This document shows positions 15,742 through 24,503 of a DNA stretch of 51,871 nucleotides, piece after piece. Under the pieces are notes generated by a model, which was not told the origin of the DNA, ran no database searches, and saw only the letters and a program-made list of their open reading frames with translations. This DNA comes from an uncultured Verrucomicrobiota bacterium (GTDB taxonomy: Bacteria > Verrucomicrobiota > Kiritimatiellia > CAIQIC01 > Lenti-01): positions 1 through 51,871 of the forward strand of contig CAYTEK010000003.1 of assembly GCA_964436715.1 (NCBI GenBank), in the 5' to 3' direction. A program made the position numbers and the translations under genes. How positions within the stretch are numbered: position 1 is the stretch's first letter; each line of letters opens with the position of its first letter.

Positions 15742-16482
15742 ATGTTTCTCCGATTTTCCACCGGCGGCCGCCCCGAAGCGGCGGAATCCGGCCTGACCAG
15801 CGAACTGAAATACGTGGGCGACGAAACGCTGGCCCCGGCCGCGCTCGCCTTGCTGGACGCCGACTGCTGGCCCGATCCCCAGCATCCCGCCGGCCAAATC
15901 CACAGCGTCTACTTCGACACGCCGGACCGGCGCTTCCACGCGGAAAAAACGGACGGCGACAACCTGAAGCGCAAGGTGCGGATCCGCTGGTACGAGCGGC
16001 CGGAAGCGGACGACGCCGGCGAAACGACGGTGTTCGTCGAACTCAAGCTGCGGATCGGTTCCGCCCGGCGCAAGCATCGCCTCGCGGTACCGGCGCCCAC
16101 GCGCTGGCTCCGCACCGCGCCGCTCGACGATCCAGCCTGGCCGGCTTTCCTCTACCGCCACGCCGGTGCGCTCCCGGAAGCGATTCCCCTGCACCTGGCG
16201 CCCGTCCTGTGCATCCGCTACGCGCGCGATCGCTACGTCTGCCCGCGCACCGGCAGCCGGATCGCCGTCGATCGCGACATCCGGGCGGAACGGCTCAACC
16301 CGGAACTGCTGCCGGGCGCGCCGCGCGTCCATCTGGACCGGTCGCTGTGCGAATTCAAGAACCGGGGCGGCGTGCTGCCGGCCCTGGGCGAAGCCTTGTT
16401 CGCCGCCGGCTTCCGGCTGCGCAGCTTTTCGAAATACGGCGAGTGCATGAACCAAGCCCTGAACGGAGGAACCCCCGCGTGA
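15742..16482 (+). CDS. VTC-domain (polyphosphate polymerase/CYTH-like) protein
   Basis: ELKYVGD...IHSVYFDTPD...KVRIRWYE...VFVELKLRIG...RIAVDRDIR...LCEFKN. The track start 15736 is TTG; I prefer ATG 15742. Confidence 0.75.
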   Translation: MFLRFSTGGRPEAAESGLTSELKYVGDETLAPAALALLDADCWPDPQHPAGQIHSVYFDTPDRRFHAEKTDGDNLKRKVRIRWYERPEADDAGETTVFVELKLRIGSARRKHRLAVPAPTRWLRTAPLDDPAWPAFLYRHAGALPEAIPLHLAPVLCIRYARDRYVCPRTGSRIAVDRDIRAERLNPELLPGAPRVHLDRSLCEFKNRGGVLPALGEALFAAGFRLRSFSKYGECMNQALNGGTPA

Positions 16483-17177
16483 AGAACCTAGACGTGCTGG
16501 ACGTGCTGGATCGTTTCCAGGAATTGCGGGAGCAGCTGGAGCCGGGGCGGGTCGTGCTGGCGCGGCTGGCGTCGCTGGCGGCTGCGTGCGCGGCGGCGGG
16601 CAGGTCCCGCGTCATCTACGAGCGGCGGGGCACCGGCAGCCAGGTGCACCGGGCGTTCCCGCTGCTGGGCATCTCCATCACCACGCTGTTCATCGGCGTG
16701 CAATTGTCCATTCCCCTGTCGCTCGGCCTGCTCGGCGCGCTGTCGATCATCCGCTTCCGCACGCCGATCAAGGAACCCGAGGAAGTCGGATTCATCATGC
16801 TGGTGATCGCCGCGGCGGTTTCGGCGGCCACGTTCAATTTCCGCTTCCTGGTGCTGCTGTACGTCGTGGCGCTCGCCAGCCTGCTGCTGGCGCGGGGCGC
16901 GCGGGCGTGGACGTTCCTGCGGCGCGACGGCGTGCTGGTGCTGACCTTGCCGGCGGAAGGTGCCGCCGCCCACGTGGCCGCCGTCGAGACCGTCCTCAAA
17001 GCCCGACTGCGCCGGCACCGGCTGGAAAGCGCCGCCTGCCGCGACGGCACCGCCAGCTACCAGTTCGTGTTCTCCGGCCTGCGGGACGGCGTGCCCGAAC
17101 TGCAGGCGGAACTCGCCGCGCGGGCGCCCCTGCGTTCCCTGAACGTTTTCCTGGACCGCCCCGGTGGCCTGCGCTGA
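16479..17177 (+). CDS. DUF4956 membrane protein
   Basis: LSLGLLGALSIIRFRTPIKEPEEVGFIMLVI is the DUF4956 signature as I recall it. Start GTG 16479 overlaps the VTC TGA (GTGA). The frame matches track ORF 16209..17177. Confidence 0.7.
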   Translation: MKNLDVLDVLDRFQELREQLEPGRVVLARLASLAAACAAAGRSRVIYERRGTGSQVHRAFPLLGISITTLFIGVQLSIPLSLGLLGALSIIRFRTPIKEPEEVGFIMLVIAAAVSAATFNFRFLVLLYVVALASLLLARGARAWTFLRRDGVLVLTLPAEGAAAHVAAVETVLKARLRRHRLESAACRDGTASYQFVFSGLRDGVPELQAELAARAPLRSLNVFLDRPGGLR

Positions 17178-20025
17178 CCGCTGGCGGGGCGGGGCGAAAA
17201 TCGTCCTGGTCCTCGCCTTGGGCGGCGCGGCGGCGTTCGCGTATCGCTCCGATCGCCTGCTCTTCGAACTGCCGGCCGTCAAAACCCAGCTCTACGCCGA
17301 CAAAACCAGCCAGGCGCTGGCCCGCCGGCACGGGTTGGCTTTCCTGACGACGTTCGACGAGGCGCGGCCGACGGAATGCATCGGGCGCGGCAACGTCCTG
17401 TACCCCGGCACCGAAAGCGGCCCCGGCCGGCTCGGACGCGCGCGGCGGTTCGACGGACGCCCCAAGACCTACGTGTCCACGGCGACGGAGTGGTCCAAGC
17501 TGGGCGAGACCTACACGCTTTCGCTGTGGATCAAGCTGGACGACCTCCGGCGGGATCAGGACGTCTGGTACACCTCCTTCCAAGATCGATTCGTCGGTTT
17601 CGCGTTGCGCGACGGCCAAATGTCGTTTTTCGTGCCCGGCGGCGAACCTGAGCAGATCGCGCGCTATCCGTTTGCGGCCTACGGCCGGTTCGTGCATTTG
17701 GCGGGCGTGGTCGATGGCCCCGGCGGCGAGGCCCGGCTGTATGAAAACGGCCGGCTGCAAGCCCGCATTCCCATCGCGGCGGTCGATCTGCCGAAGCAAA
17801 ACATGGAATTCGGCAAGACGCGCTGGTATTCCGTGACGGCGCCGCTTTCCGCCTGGATCGACGAGGCGGCGGCCTGGACCCGCGCCTTGTCCCCGGACGA
17901 AATCCGCCGGCTGGCGCAGGCGCGCGTTTCGCTGCCGTTCGTCCTGGAGCCGCGGCGCTACGGGCGTTGGCGGCTTGCGCAGGCCGTGCAGGCCGGCATT
18001 CCCGAGTGGCTCAAGTTGCTGGATCGGTTCAACGTGCTGCTTCACGAAGGCCGCCTGCTGGCGGCCGACCTGCCGGACGTCCATCTCGACTTCAGTTCCG
18101 CCGACGCGCGCCATTTCAGCCGCGCGCACGAACGCAGCCTGGCTTCCGGCCGGCGCACCGCGAAGGGCGCTAATTTCCGCCGCATCTACGCCCAGATCGA
18201 CGGCCGCACCGTCGAAGCGCAGCTCTGTCTGGAAGGTTCCGACGTCCGCTACGCCGCCGGCCGGCGCCCCGGCTTCATTTTGGAAATTCCGGCGCAGGCG
18301 CCGGAAAGCGGCTCGCGCCGCTGGCGCCTGATTCCGCCCGAAAACGAAAGCGGCGAAGGCTGGGCGCGCGGCACCCGGGATCTGTGCCGCCTGAGCATCG
18401 ACGGCCAATTCAAAGGCGTCTATCGCCGCGAGCCCTTCGACCGGCGCGGCCTGCGGCCCGGCGACAAGACCTGGGTGGCCAACGGCCCGCGCCTGCCGGT
18501 GGACTGGCGCTCCCTGTTCCGCATGCCGGCCGAATCCCGCGCGTGCGTGCCGCCGGCCGAACAAGAAGCGCTGCGGAATTTGCTGGTCAACGACATCCAC
18601 CATCCGTGGAGCCGGCGGGAATGGGATTTCCGAATGCGCGCGATCCAAAAGGCGGCCGCGCCGGAACCGGTCGCGCCGACCGCCTGCGCGTTTCTCGGCG
18701 ACAATCCGTCGCCCGATTACGTCGTCGGCGATCTCGCCTTGCCGACGAACGTCGCCTGGACCAGCTCCCGACCCGACGTGATCGCCGCCGACGGCCACGT
18801 GACCCGGCCGGACGGGGACCGGCCCGTGACCGTCGAACTCGCGGCAACGTCGCCGAACGGCGGCGCCGCGACCGCGCTGCAGTTCCGCGTCATGCCGAAG
18901 CGCCGGAATTTGTCCGCGTTGATGCTGTGGTTCGACGAACCCCTGAGCCATCCCCGGCGCGTGGAATTCGAAGCCGAATTCCATCCGGCCGGCGAGGACG
19001 GCCCGCCGCGCCGCCTGCGCGGCAGCCAAGCCACGCGCGGCGGCATCAAGCACCACGGCAACACCAGCTACTGGGAAGGGCTGAAAAAACCGCTGTCCCT
19101 GCGCTGCGACGAACCCCATCGGCTGCTCGACGCGAACGCCGCGACGCGCCATCTCTATCTGCTCAACGGCTTCCTCGACGCCACCAAGATGCGCAACAAG
19201 CTGGCGTTCGATTTGTTCCGCTCGTTCGGCGGCCCCGACCGCCCGCGCCAGGCGCCCGAACTGGATTGGACGGAGGTGTTCGTCAACGGCCGCTATTTCG
19301 GCATCTACGAAATGGCCACCCGCATCGACGGGGAAACGCTCGGCGAAAATGACGACGCCGAATCCGAAACGCCTTCGGGAGCGGTGCTCTACAAGATCGC
19401 TTCCCTTCAGAATCTCTTCCTGGGCTCGGGGCGGCGCGCGTTCGAGCAGATCCTGCCGCCGGCCGCGCAGTTTCCCTGCGAACAGCCGCTGCGCGATTTC
19501 GCCGATTTCGTGCGCCGGGCGGATCGGGAAACGTTCGCCCGCGAAATCGGCGACCGGCTGGATCTGGACAACGCGGTCGATTTCCTGCTGCTGCTGTACT
19601 TCTCCGGCAACAAGGACGGCTACGACGGCAATTTCTACCTGGCGCGCGATTCGGCGCCGCACGCGCGGTTCCAATTCGTCGTTTGGGACTACGATCACGG
19701 TTTCGGCAAGCGAAACCTCGCCATGTCCAACCTCATCATCGACCGCTTGCGGCGCGACGTGCCCGGCTTCGACGAACGGCTTCGCGCGCGCTGGCGCGAA
19801 CTGCGGAACGGCCCGTTGGCGACGGCGGCGCTGAACGCGCGCCTCGACGAAATGACCGCCCGCCTGGCCGGTTCCATGGACTTCGATTTCGCGCGGTTTC
19901 CCCGCGCCGGCGCGACGTCGTTCGCCGCCGAAACGGCGAAATGGCGGAAAACCATCGGCCTGCTGCTGGCCGACATGGACGCGCGCTTCGGCGGCCCCGC
20001 CGCCGGGCCGGCGCCGGCGCCCTAG
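17164..20025 (+). CDS. membrane-anchored LamG (concanavalin-like) domain fused to a CotH-family kinase-like protein
   Basis: An N-terminal TM (IVLVLALGGAAAFAY), then a LamG-like segment (TYTLSLWIKLD...FVHLAGVVDG...ARLYENG...IDEAAAWTRALSPDEI), then CotH-like LYLLNGFLDATKMRNKLAFDLF...VFVNGRYFGIYEM...NFYLARD...FVVWDYDHGFG. The GTG start overlaps DUF4956 by 14 nt. Confidence 0.75.
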   Translation: MACADRWRGGAKIVLVLALGGAAAFAYRSDRLLFELPAVKTQLYADKTSQALARRHGLAFLTTFDEARPTECIGRGNVLYPGTESGPGRLGRARRFDGRPKTYVSTATEWSKLGETYTLSLWIKLDDLRRDQDVWYTSFQDRFVGFALRDGQMSFFVPGGEPEQIARYPFAAYGRFVHLAGVVDGPGGEARLYENGRLQARIPIAAVDLPKQNMEFGKTRWYSVTAPLSAWIDEAAAWTRALSPDEIRRLAQARVSLPFVLEPRRYGRWRLAQAVQAGIPEWLKLLDRFNVLLHEGRLLAADLPDVHLDFSSADARHFSRAHERSLASGRRTAKGANFRRIYAQIDGRTVEAQLCLEGSDVRYAAGRRPGFILEIPAQAPESGSRRWRLIPPENESGEGWARGTRDLCRLSIDGQFKGVYRREPFDRRGLRPGDKTWVANGPRLPVDWRSLFRMPAESRACVPPAEQEALRNLLVNDIHHPWSRREWDFRMRAIQKAAAPEPVAPTACAFLGDNPSPDYVVGDLALPTNVAWTSSRPDVIAADGHVTRPDGDRPVTVELAATSPNGGAATALQFRVMPKRRNLSALMLWFDEPLSHPRRVEFEAEFHPAGEDGPPRRLRGSQATRGGIKHHGNTSYWEGLKKPLSLRCDEPHRLLDANAATRHLYLLNGFLDATKMRNKLAFDLFRSFGGPDRPRQAPELDWTEVFVNGRYFGIYEMATRIDGETLGENDDAESETPSGAVLYKIASLQNLFLGSGRRAFEQILPPAAQFPCEQPLRDFADFVRRADRETFAREIGDRLDLDNAVDFLLLLYFSGNKDGYDGNFYLARDSAPHARFQFVVWDYDHGFGKRNLAMSNLIIDRLRRDVPGFDERLRARWRELRNGPLATAALNARLDEMTARLAGSMDFDFARFPRAGATSFAAETAKWRKTIGLLLADMDARFGGPAAGPAPAP

Positions 20026-20852
20026 ACGAACGCCCGCAGGATCGGATCCGCACGCATCTGGTCCCGGGTCAGGACGGAATTCCGCAAAACCACGTCCAGC
20101 ACGAGACGATCCACCCAAGCCGCCGGCAGCAGCCGCCGCTGGATCAGGCACAGCTTGTCGAACCAGCCGATCCGCGCCCCGAACACGTCGCGCGCCGACG
20201 CGGCGCGAATCCAGCGACTCGACAGATTGCGGCCGTCCGCGCGCAGGCGCCGCAGCACGTAGGGCGCTTCCAGGTTGCGAATGCGCCGCCGGCCGCCGCA
20301 CAGCGCGTGCCGCATGAAATGGAAATCCGTGCCCACCCGGACGGACAGGTCGTAGCGCTCCGGACCGTTCCTAAAAACCAGCGACGTGTGCCAGGCGACC
20401 GTCGCCTGCGCCGGCTGGCGCCGCCGCAGGAACCGGTCGGTTTGCTCGTAGTGGTTGACGATGGCCGTACCGCACCCCACGTCGCCGGGATGGGTTTCGA
20501 GATGCGCGACCTGCGCCCGCAGCTTGTCCGGATGCCAGAGATCGTCGTGGTCCTGGATCGCCACGTACGCGCCGCGGGCCTGGTCCAGCAGGAGATTCAA
20601 GCCACCGTAGGCGCCGAGATTTTCGCGGCTCGGCACCGGGCGGATGCGCGGATCTTCCGCCGCCAGCCGCGCCAGGATTTCCGCCGTGCGATCGGCGGAG
20701 GCGTTGTCGAGCACGAGGATTTCCAGGTTCCGATGGGTTTGGCCGGCGACCGACCGCACCGTCGCTTCGAGAAACGGCGCGGCGTCGTGCGCGCAGATCA
20801 GGACGGAAACCAGCGGTTCCGCCGCGCGCGAATTGTCCGCATCGCCGGCCAT
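20022..20852 (-). CDS. GT2-family glycosyltransferase
   Basis: VSVLICAHDAAPFLEATVRSVAGQTHRNLEILVLDNASADRT...IQDHDDLW. The start is ATG 20852. The gene is convergent with the CotH stop, overlapping it by 4 nt. Confidence 0.85.
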   Translation of the reverse strand: MAGDADNSRAAEPLVSVLICAHDAAPFLEATVRSVAGQTHRNLEILVLDNASADRTAEILARLAAEDPRIRPVPSRENLGAYGGLNLLLDQARGAYVAIQDHDDLWHPDKLRAQVAHLETHPGDVGCGTAIVNHYEQTDRFLRRRQPAQATVAWHTSLVFRNGPERYDLSVRVGTDFHFMRHALCGGRRRIRNLEAPYVLRRLRADGRNLSSRWIRAASARDVFGARIGWFDKLCLIQRRLLPAAWVDRLVLDVVLRNSVLTRDQMRADPILRAFV

Positions 20853-20854
20853 CG

Positions 20855-21322
20855 CTAGTCCGCCGGCCGCGCGCCGTTTTTCTTTTCGGCCGCGGCGAGC
20901 CGGCATTCCAGGTCGCGCAGCCGGGCCTCCAGGATCGCGCAGCGCGACGCCGTCGCGGCCGCCTTGTCGTTCAAAGCCGACAGCGCGATCGAAAAATGGA
21001 ACGACACGAGCACCAGGAACGTGAACACCACGGCCACGACGGACGTGACATACTGCATGCCGAACCACTGGCGGGCGCCATCCACCAGTTGCGGGAAAAG
21101 GGCCGTCAGCGTGATCATCGCGGCCGTCGCCAGCCACAGCACGGCGTATTTTTCCCGCAGCTTGTAGCCGCGGATCGCCAGCAGCGTGATCAGGAACACG
21201 CCGATGCTGACGACGCCCATCAGCGCGCGAATGCGCAGCATCTGGCTCGCGTCCGCCAGCCAGAAACCCAGCAGGACGAGTCCGCCCGCCAGAACCGCCA
21301 GCGCCAGCAGAAGCTTTTTCAC
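20855..21322 (-). CDS. DUF2304 small membrane protein
   Basis: 155 aa with about 4 TM segments, KLREKYAVLWL...ALFPQL, and a C-terminal coiled tail. It shows the usual pairing with a Dpm1-like GT2. Start GTG 21322 overlaps the upstream TGA (GTGA). Confidence 0.65.
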   Translation of the reverse strand: MKKLLLALAVLAGGLVLLGFWLADASQMLRIRALMGVVSIGVFLITLLAIRGYKLREKYAVLWLATAAMITLTALFPQLVDGARQWFGMQYVTSVVAVVFTFLVLVSFHFSIALSALNDKAAATASRCAILEARLRDLECRLAAAEKKNGARPAD

Positions 21323-22083
21323 GACGCGCGCCCTTTCTTGATGAACGCCGCCGATCCGCGCGGATCCACCGAACGCAGGCGATCTACGAACAGCGCCAAA
21401 AACACCTTCGCGGCGAAATTCAACGTGCCCCAGGCGCGGATCGAGGATCGCCCCGCCTGCCGCGGCCGGAACGCCACCGGCACTTCCTCCATTTCGAAAC
21501 CCTGCCGCCGCAGCAGCGCGATGGCTTCGGCTTCCGGATAATCCGCGGGATAATGGATGGCGAAGCATTGCAGCAGCGGCCGCGACACCAGCCAAAACCC
21601 CGACGTCGGGTCCGTGATCCGCTTCTTGCAGATCGCGGAAAGAAACGCCGCAAGCGCCTTCAGCGCCAATTGCCGGGACCAATTTCCGTGATAGGTGCTG
21701 TTCGCGCCGTAGCGCGTGCCGATCACCAGATCGGTGGGCTGGGCCCGCATCGCCGCAATCAGCTTGCGCGCCTCGGCCGGCGGATGCTGGCCATCGCCGT
21801 CGAGTCGGATCACGTATTCGGCGCCGCATTCCAGCGCGTCTTGGAAGCCCGCCTGCACCGCCGGGCCCACGCCCAGATTGCACGGCAGGCGCAGCACGCG
21901 CGCGCCGGCCGCCCGCGCCACTTCGGCGGTGCGGTCGGTCGAACCGTCGTCCACCACCGTCACCGCGGCGCCGGGCAGCTGCGCGCGCACTTCCGCCAGC
22001 AATTCCGGCAGCGCGGCTTCCTCGTTGAAGGCGGGGATGAGAACCGTCGTGCGCGCCAAGAAGGATGGAAGAGCCGTTTCCAT
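21319..22083 (-). CDS. GT2 glycosyltransferase, polyprenyl-phosphate sugar synthase (Dpm1/GtrB)-like
   Basis: VLIPAFNEEAALPELL...VTVVDDGSTDRT...IRLDGDGQHPP...ITDPTSGFWL. The start is ATG 22083. Confidence 0.85.
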   Translation of the reverse strand: METALPSFLARTTVLIPAFNEEAALPELLAEVRAQLPGAAVTVVDDGSTDRTAEVARAAGARVLRLPCNLGVGPAVQAGFQDALECGAEYVIRLDGDGQHPPAEARKLIAAMRAQPTDLVIGTRYGANSTYHGNWSRQLALKALAAFLSAICKKRITDPTSGFWLVSRPLLQCFAIHYPADYPEAEAIALLRRQGFEMEEVPVAFRPRQAGRSSIRAWGTLNFAAKVFLALFVDRLRSVDPRGSAAFIKKGRAS

Positions 22084-22090
22084 GGCGCGG

Positions 22091-24391
22091 TCAGTCTGGC
22101 ATGGAAGTCCCGCCGGGTTCAACCCGAATGATGACGCGCCGCAGCAGCGCGCCCAGATCCGGCGCGTAGCCGGACAGGCCGAATTCCGCCGGATCGTAGG
22201 GACGCTCCGCGCGGAATTCGTAGATTCCCGTGGCCGGGCGCGGAGCGTCGCCCGCCGGACGCGCCAGCGCGCCACGCACGACGTGTTCGCCCGCGGGCAC
22301 ATCCAGGCGCAGCGGTTCCCCGCCCCACGGCGGCGCCACCCGCAACGTCTGCCGGCTCCAATCCGGATTCGGCGCCGGCCAGGCGGCGACCGCTTCCAGC
22401 GCCACCGCGCCGCCGGGCGCGGGAATCGGCCCGACGATGCCGCTGCCCTGCCGCGTCCACATCGCGCCGTTGCGCGTCTGGCCCCACGGCCCGCGCAAGG
22501 CGAGCGGACCGCCGTCCAATTCCTTCGTCTGGAAAACGGCTTCGCCGGGCGCCAGCGGCACCCAGCGCAAAAACGAGTTCGCCACCGTTTTTTCGCCGCG
22601 TTCCGCCGGAAAAAACGCCTTCGTCTTCACGACGGGAAAGGCGCCGCTTGCGGCAAACGCCGGTTCCAGCCGCACGCCGTCTTCGAGCGCGCAGGGCGCG
22701 TGCGACGTGGCCACCCAGACCTCGGCGGTCCGCGCCGACGCGGCCAGCCAACGGGCGACGTCCGGCCAATGCGCGACGGCGGCTTCGCCCAAGCCCAGCG
22801 CGCGTTGCCGCAAGCCCGCCGCGTACGGCACGCTGTGGGGATAGTAGTCGAAAACGACCCAGCGATTCGTGCCGAGGCGTTCCGCCACGTCCGCCGTCCA
22901 CGCCGTCGCGCCGCGTTCGCCGACCATGAAATACGGCGCCGGCCAGCGAATCGCGTTCGCTGCGCCCGCCGCCGCCAGCAGCGCGACGAGCAGTCCGCTC
23001 TGGAACCGGCCGCGGCGCGCCCACGCCGCCGCGCCGGCCGCGAGCGGCGCCGCCAGCAGCGCGATGCCCGGCAGGATCACCGGCAAGAAGCGCCGCTGGC
23101 TCCAGAGTCCCACCGGCGTTTCCACGCCTTTGACGAACCAAAACAACAGCGCGGCGGCGGTCAGCGCCGCCAGCCAGAAGCGCTCCCGAATCGGCCGCCG
23201 CGGCAGCGCGATCGCGACGGCGCCCGCCAGCAGCAGCAGGCCGCAAGGCCAGCGAATGCCGCTCCACGTGGCCGCGGCGCCGCTGCGCAACGCCGCGCCG
23301 ACCGCTCCCGGACCGGCCGCCGCCAAAAGCAGGGGCGCGGCGCACAACATCCTCCAGCCCCACGGAGTCCACCGCTCGTCCAGGCGGCGAATCCGCGCGC
23401 GCCACGCCGGACGGAATCCCGCCCACAGGCCGACGCCGGCCAGCAACGCGAGCGCCAGCAACGCCAACGCGACGGCGCGAAGTTCCGGCACGGAAAACGC
23501 CAATTGCTTCAAAACCGACCAGCGCGTCCAATCGCCGTAGGGTTGGCACACCCAACGCGTCAGTGCCCAAAACGGAAAGAGCCCCGCCAGCAACCCGACC
23601 GCCGTCGCGCCGGCCGTTTTCCGCTCGGCGCGTTCCAGCAGCAGGCCCAGCGCCACGGGCACCGCGAGCACGATCAGCGTCGGGTGGAAACCGACGGACC
23701 AGCCCAGCGCGAAACCCGCGATTCCCGCCCACAGGCCGCGCAGGGGCCGCGCCGCCGCGGCCGCGACCACGCCGGCCACCAGCGCCGCGCCGACGCTCTC
23801 CGCGTAGAAGCCGCGCAGGAACCACGCCGGCCACGCGGTGCCCAACGCCAGCGCCGCCGCAACCGGCAAGCCCCAGCCTCCGCCGGCGCAGAACGCCGCC
23901 GCCAGCACCAAGGCCCACGCCAGCGCGCCGACCAGCGGCACGAAGCGATCCGGCGACATGCCCGGAGCCAAGCCGGCGGCCGCCAGCGACGTCGTCGGCA
24001 TGAAAAACGGCCGGGTTTCCGCGCTGGCGGGGCCGGACAACTGGAACGCCAAATCGCGCGTGGGCCGCGTGCCGGGACGATACCGAAACCACGGCCGCAA
24101 TTCGGGCGGCACCTGCGCCCAGACGGAATCGATTCCGCACAGCTCGCGCCCGGCCGCCAGCACGTGCGCCATCTTCCGATAGGCCGCCACGTCCAGCCCG
24201 GCGAAAACGTCCTCGTGAGGAAACGCCAGCAGGCCCGCGGCGCCGGCCAGCCACAGAAACGCCAACCCGACGCGCGCGCCGACCGCGGCCTGCCGCAGGC
24301 GCGCCGCCAGCGCGGGGCCCACCCACGCCAGCAGCGCCAGCAGCGGCAAAACGGTCGCCCACGCCGCGCCCATGGATTCGATGCGGATCAT
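22091..24391 (-). CDS. large polytopic membrane protein, probable GT-C (ArnT/PMT-like) glycosyltransferase with a C-terminal extracytoplasmic domain
   Basis: More than 10 predicted TM helices. The first loop, HEDVFAGLDVAAYRKMAHVLA, resembles the D-x-x-x-Y loop of ArnT/PMT enzymes. It sits next to Dpm1-like GT2 and DUF2304. The start is uncertain (24391 or ATG 24373). Confidence 0.5.
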   Translation of the reverse strand: MIRIESMGAAWATVLPLLALLAWVGPALAARLRQAAVGARVGLAFLWLAGAAGLLAFPHEDVFAGLDVAAYRKMAHVLAAGRELCGIDSVWAQVPPELRPWFRYRPGTRPTRDLAFQLSGPASAETRPFFMPTTSLAAAGLAPGMSPDRFVPLVGALAWALVLAAAFCAGGGWGLPVAAALALGTAWPAWFLRGFYAESVGAALVAGVVAAAAARPLRGLWAGIAGFALGWSVGFHPTLIVLAVPVALGLLLERAERKTAGATAVGLLAGLFPFWALTRWVCQPYGDWTRWSVLKQLAFSVPELRAVALALLALALLAGVGLWAGFRPAWRARIRRLDERWTPWGWRMLCAAPLLLAAAGPGAVGAALRSGAAATWSGIRWPCGLLLLAGAVAIALPRRPIRERFWLAALTAAALLFWFVKGVETPVGLWSQRRFLPVILPGIALLAAPLAAGAAAWARRGRFQSGLLVALLAAAGAANAIRWPAPYFMVGERGATAWTADVAERLGTNRWVVFDYYPHSVPYAAGLRQRALGLGEAAVAHWPDVARWLAASARTAEVWVATSHAPCALEDGVRLEPAFAASGAFPVVKTKAFFPAERGEKTVANSFLRWVPLAPGEAVFQTKELDGGPLALRGPWGQTRNGAMWTRQGSGIVGPIPAPGGAVALEAVAAWPAPNPDWSRQTLRVAPPWGGEPLRLDVPAGEHVVRGALARPAGDAPRPATGIYEFRAERPYDPAEFGLSGYAPDLGALLRRVIIRVEPGGTSMPD

Positions 24392-24463
24392 CGCCCGCGT
24401 TATACCACAAGCCGGCGCCGGAAACCTAGCCCTTCTCGCGGCGATCCGACGCCACGAAATCCT

Positions 24464-24491
24464 TTGGCGGCGACCGAAAACCCACTATACT
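24464..24491 (+). promoter_or_regulatory. candidate sigma70-type promoter for the 24504 GT2 operon
   Basis: TTGGCG (24464-24469), a 16-nt spacer, then TATACT (24486-24491), 12 nt before the ATG. On the opposite strand, TGgTATAAC (extended -10, 24399-24407) lies 7 nt before ATG 24391. Confidence 0.3.
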
Positions 24492-24503
24492 TCGGACCAT
24501 GCG

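Noticed and set aside
18962-18983. A 9-bp inverted repeat, TGGAATTCG-AAGC-CGAATTCCA.
   Set aside because: It lies inside the CotH coding region, where it encodes the palindromic peptide VEFEAEFH. It is a single occurrence with no regulatory context.
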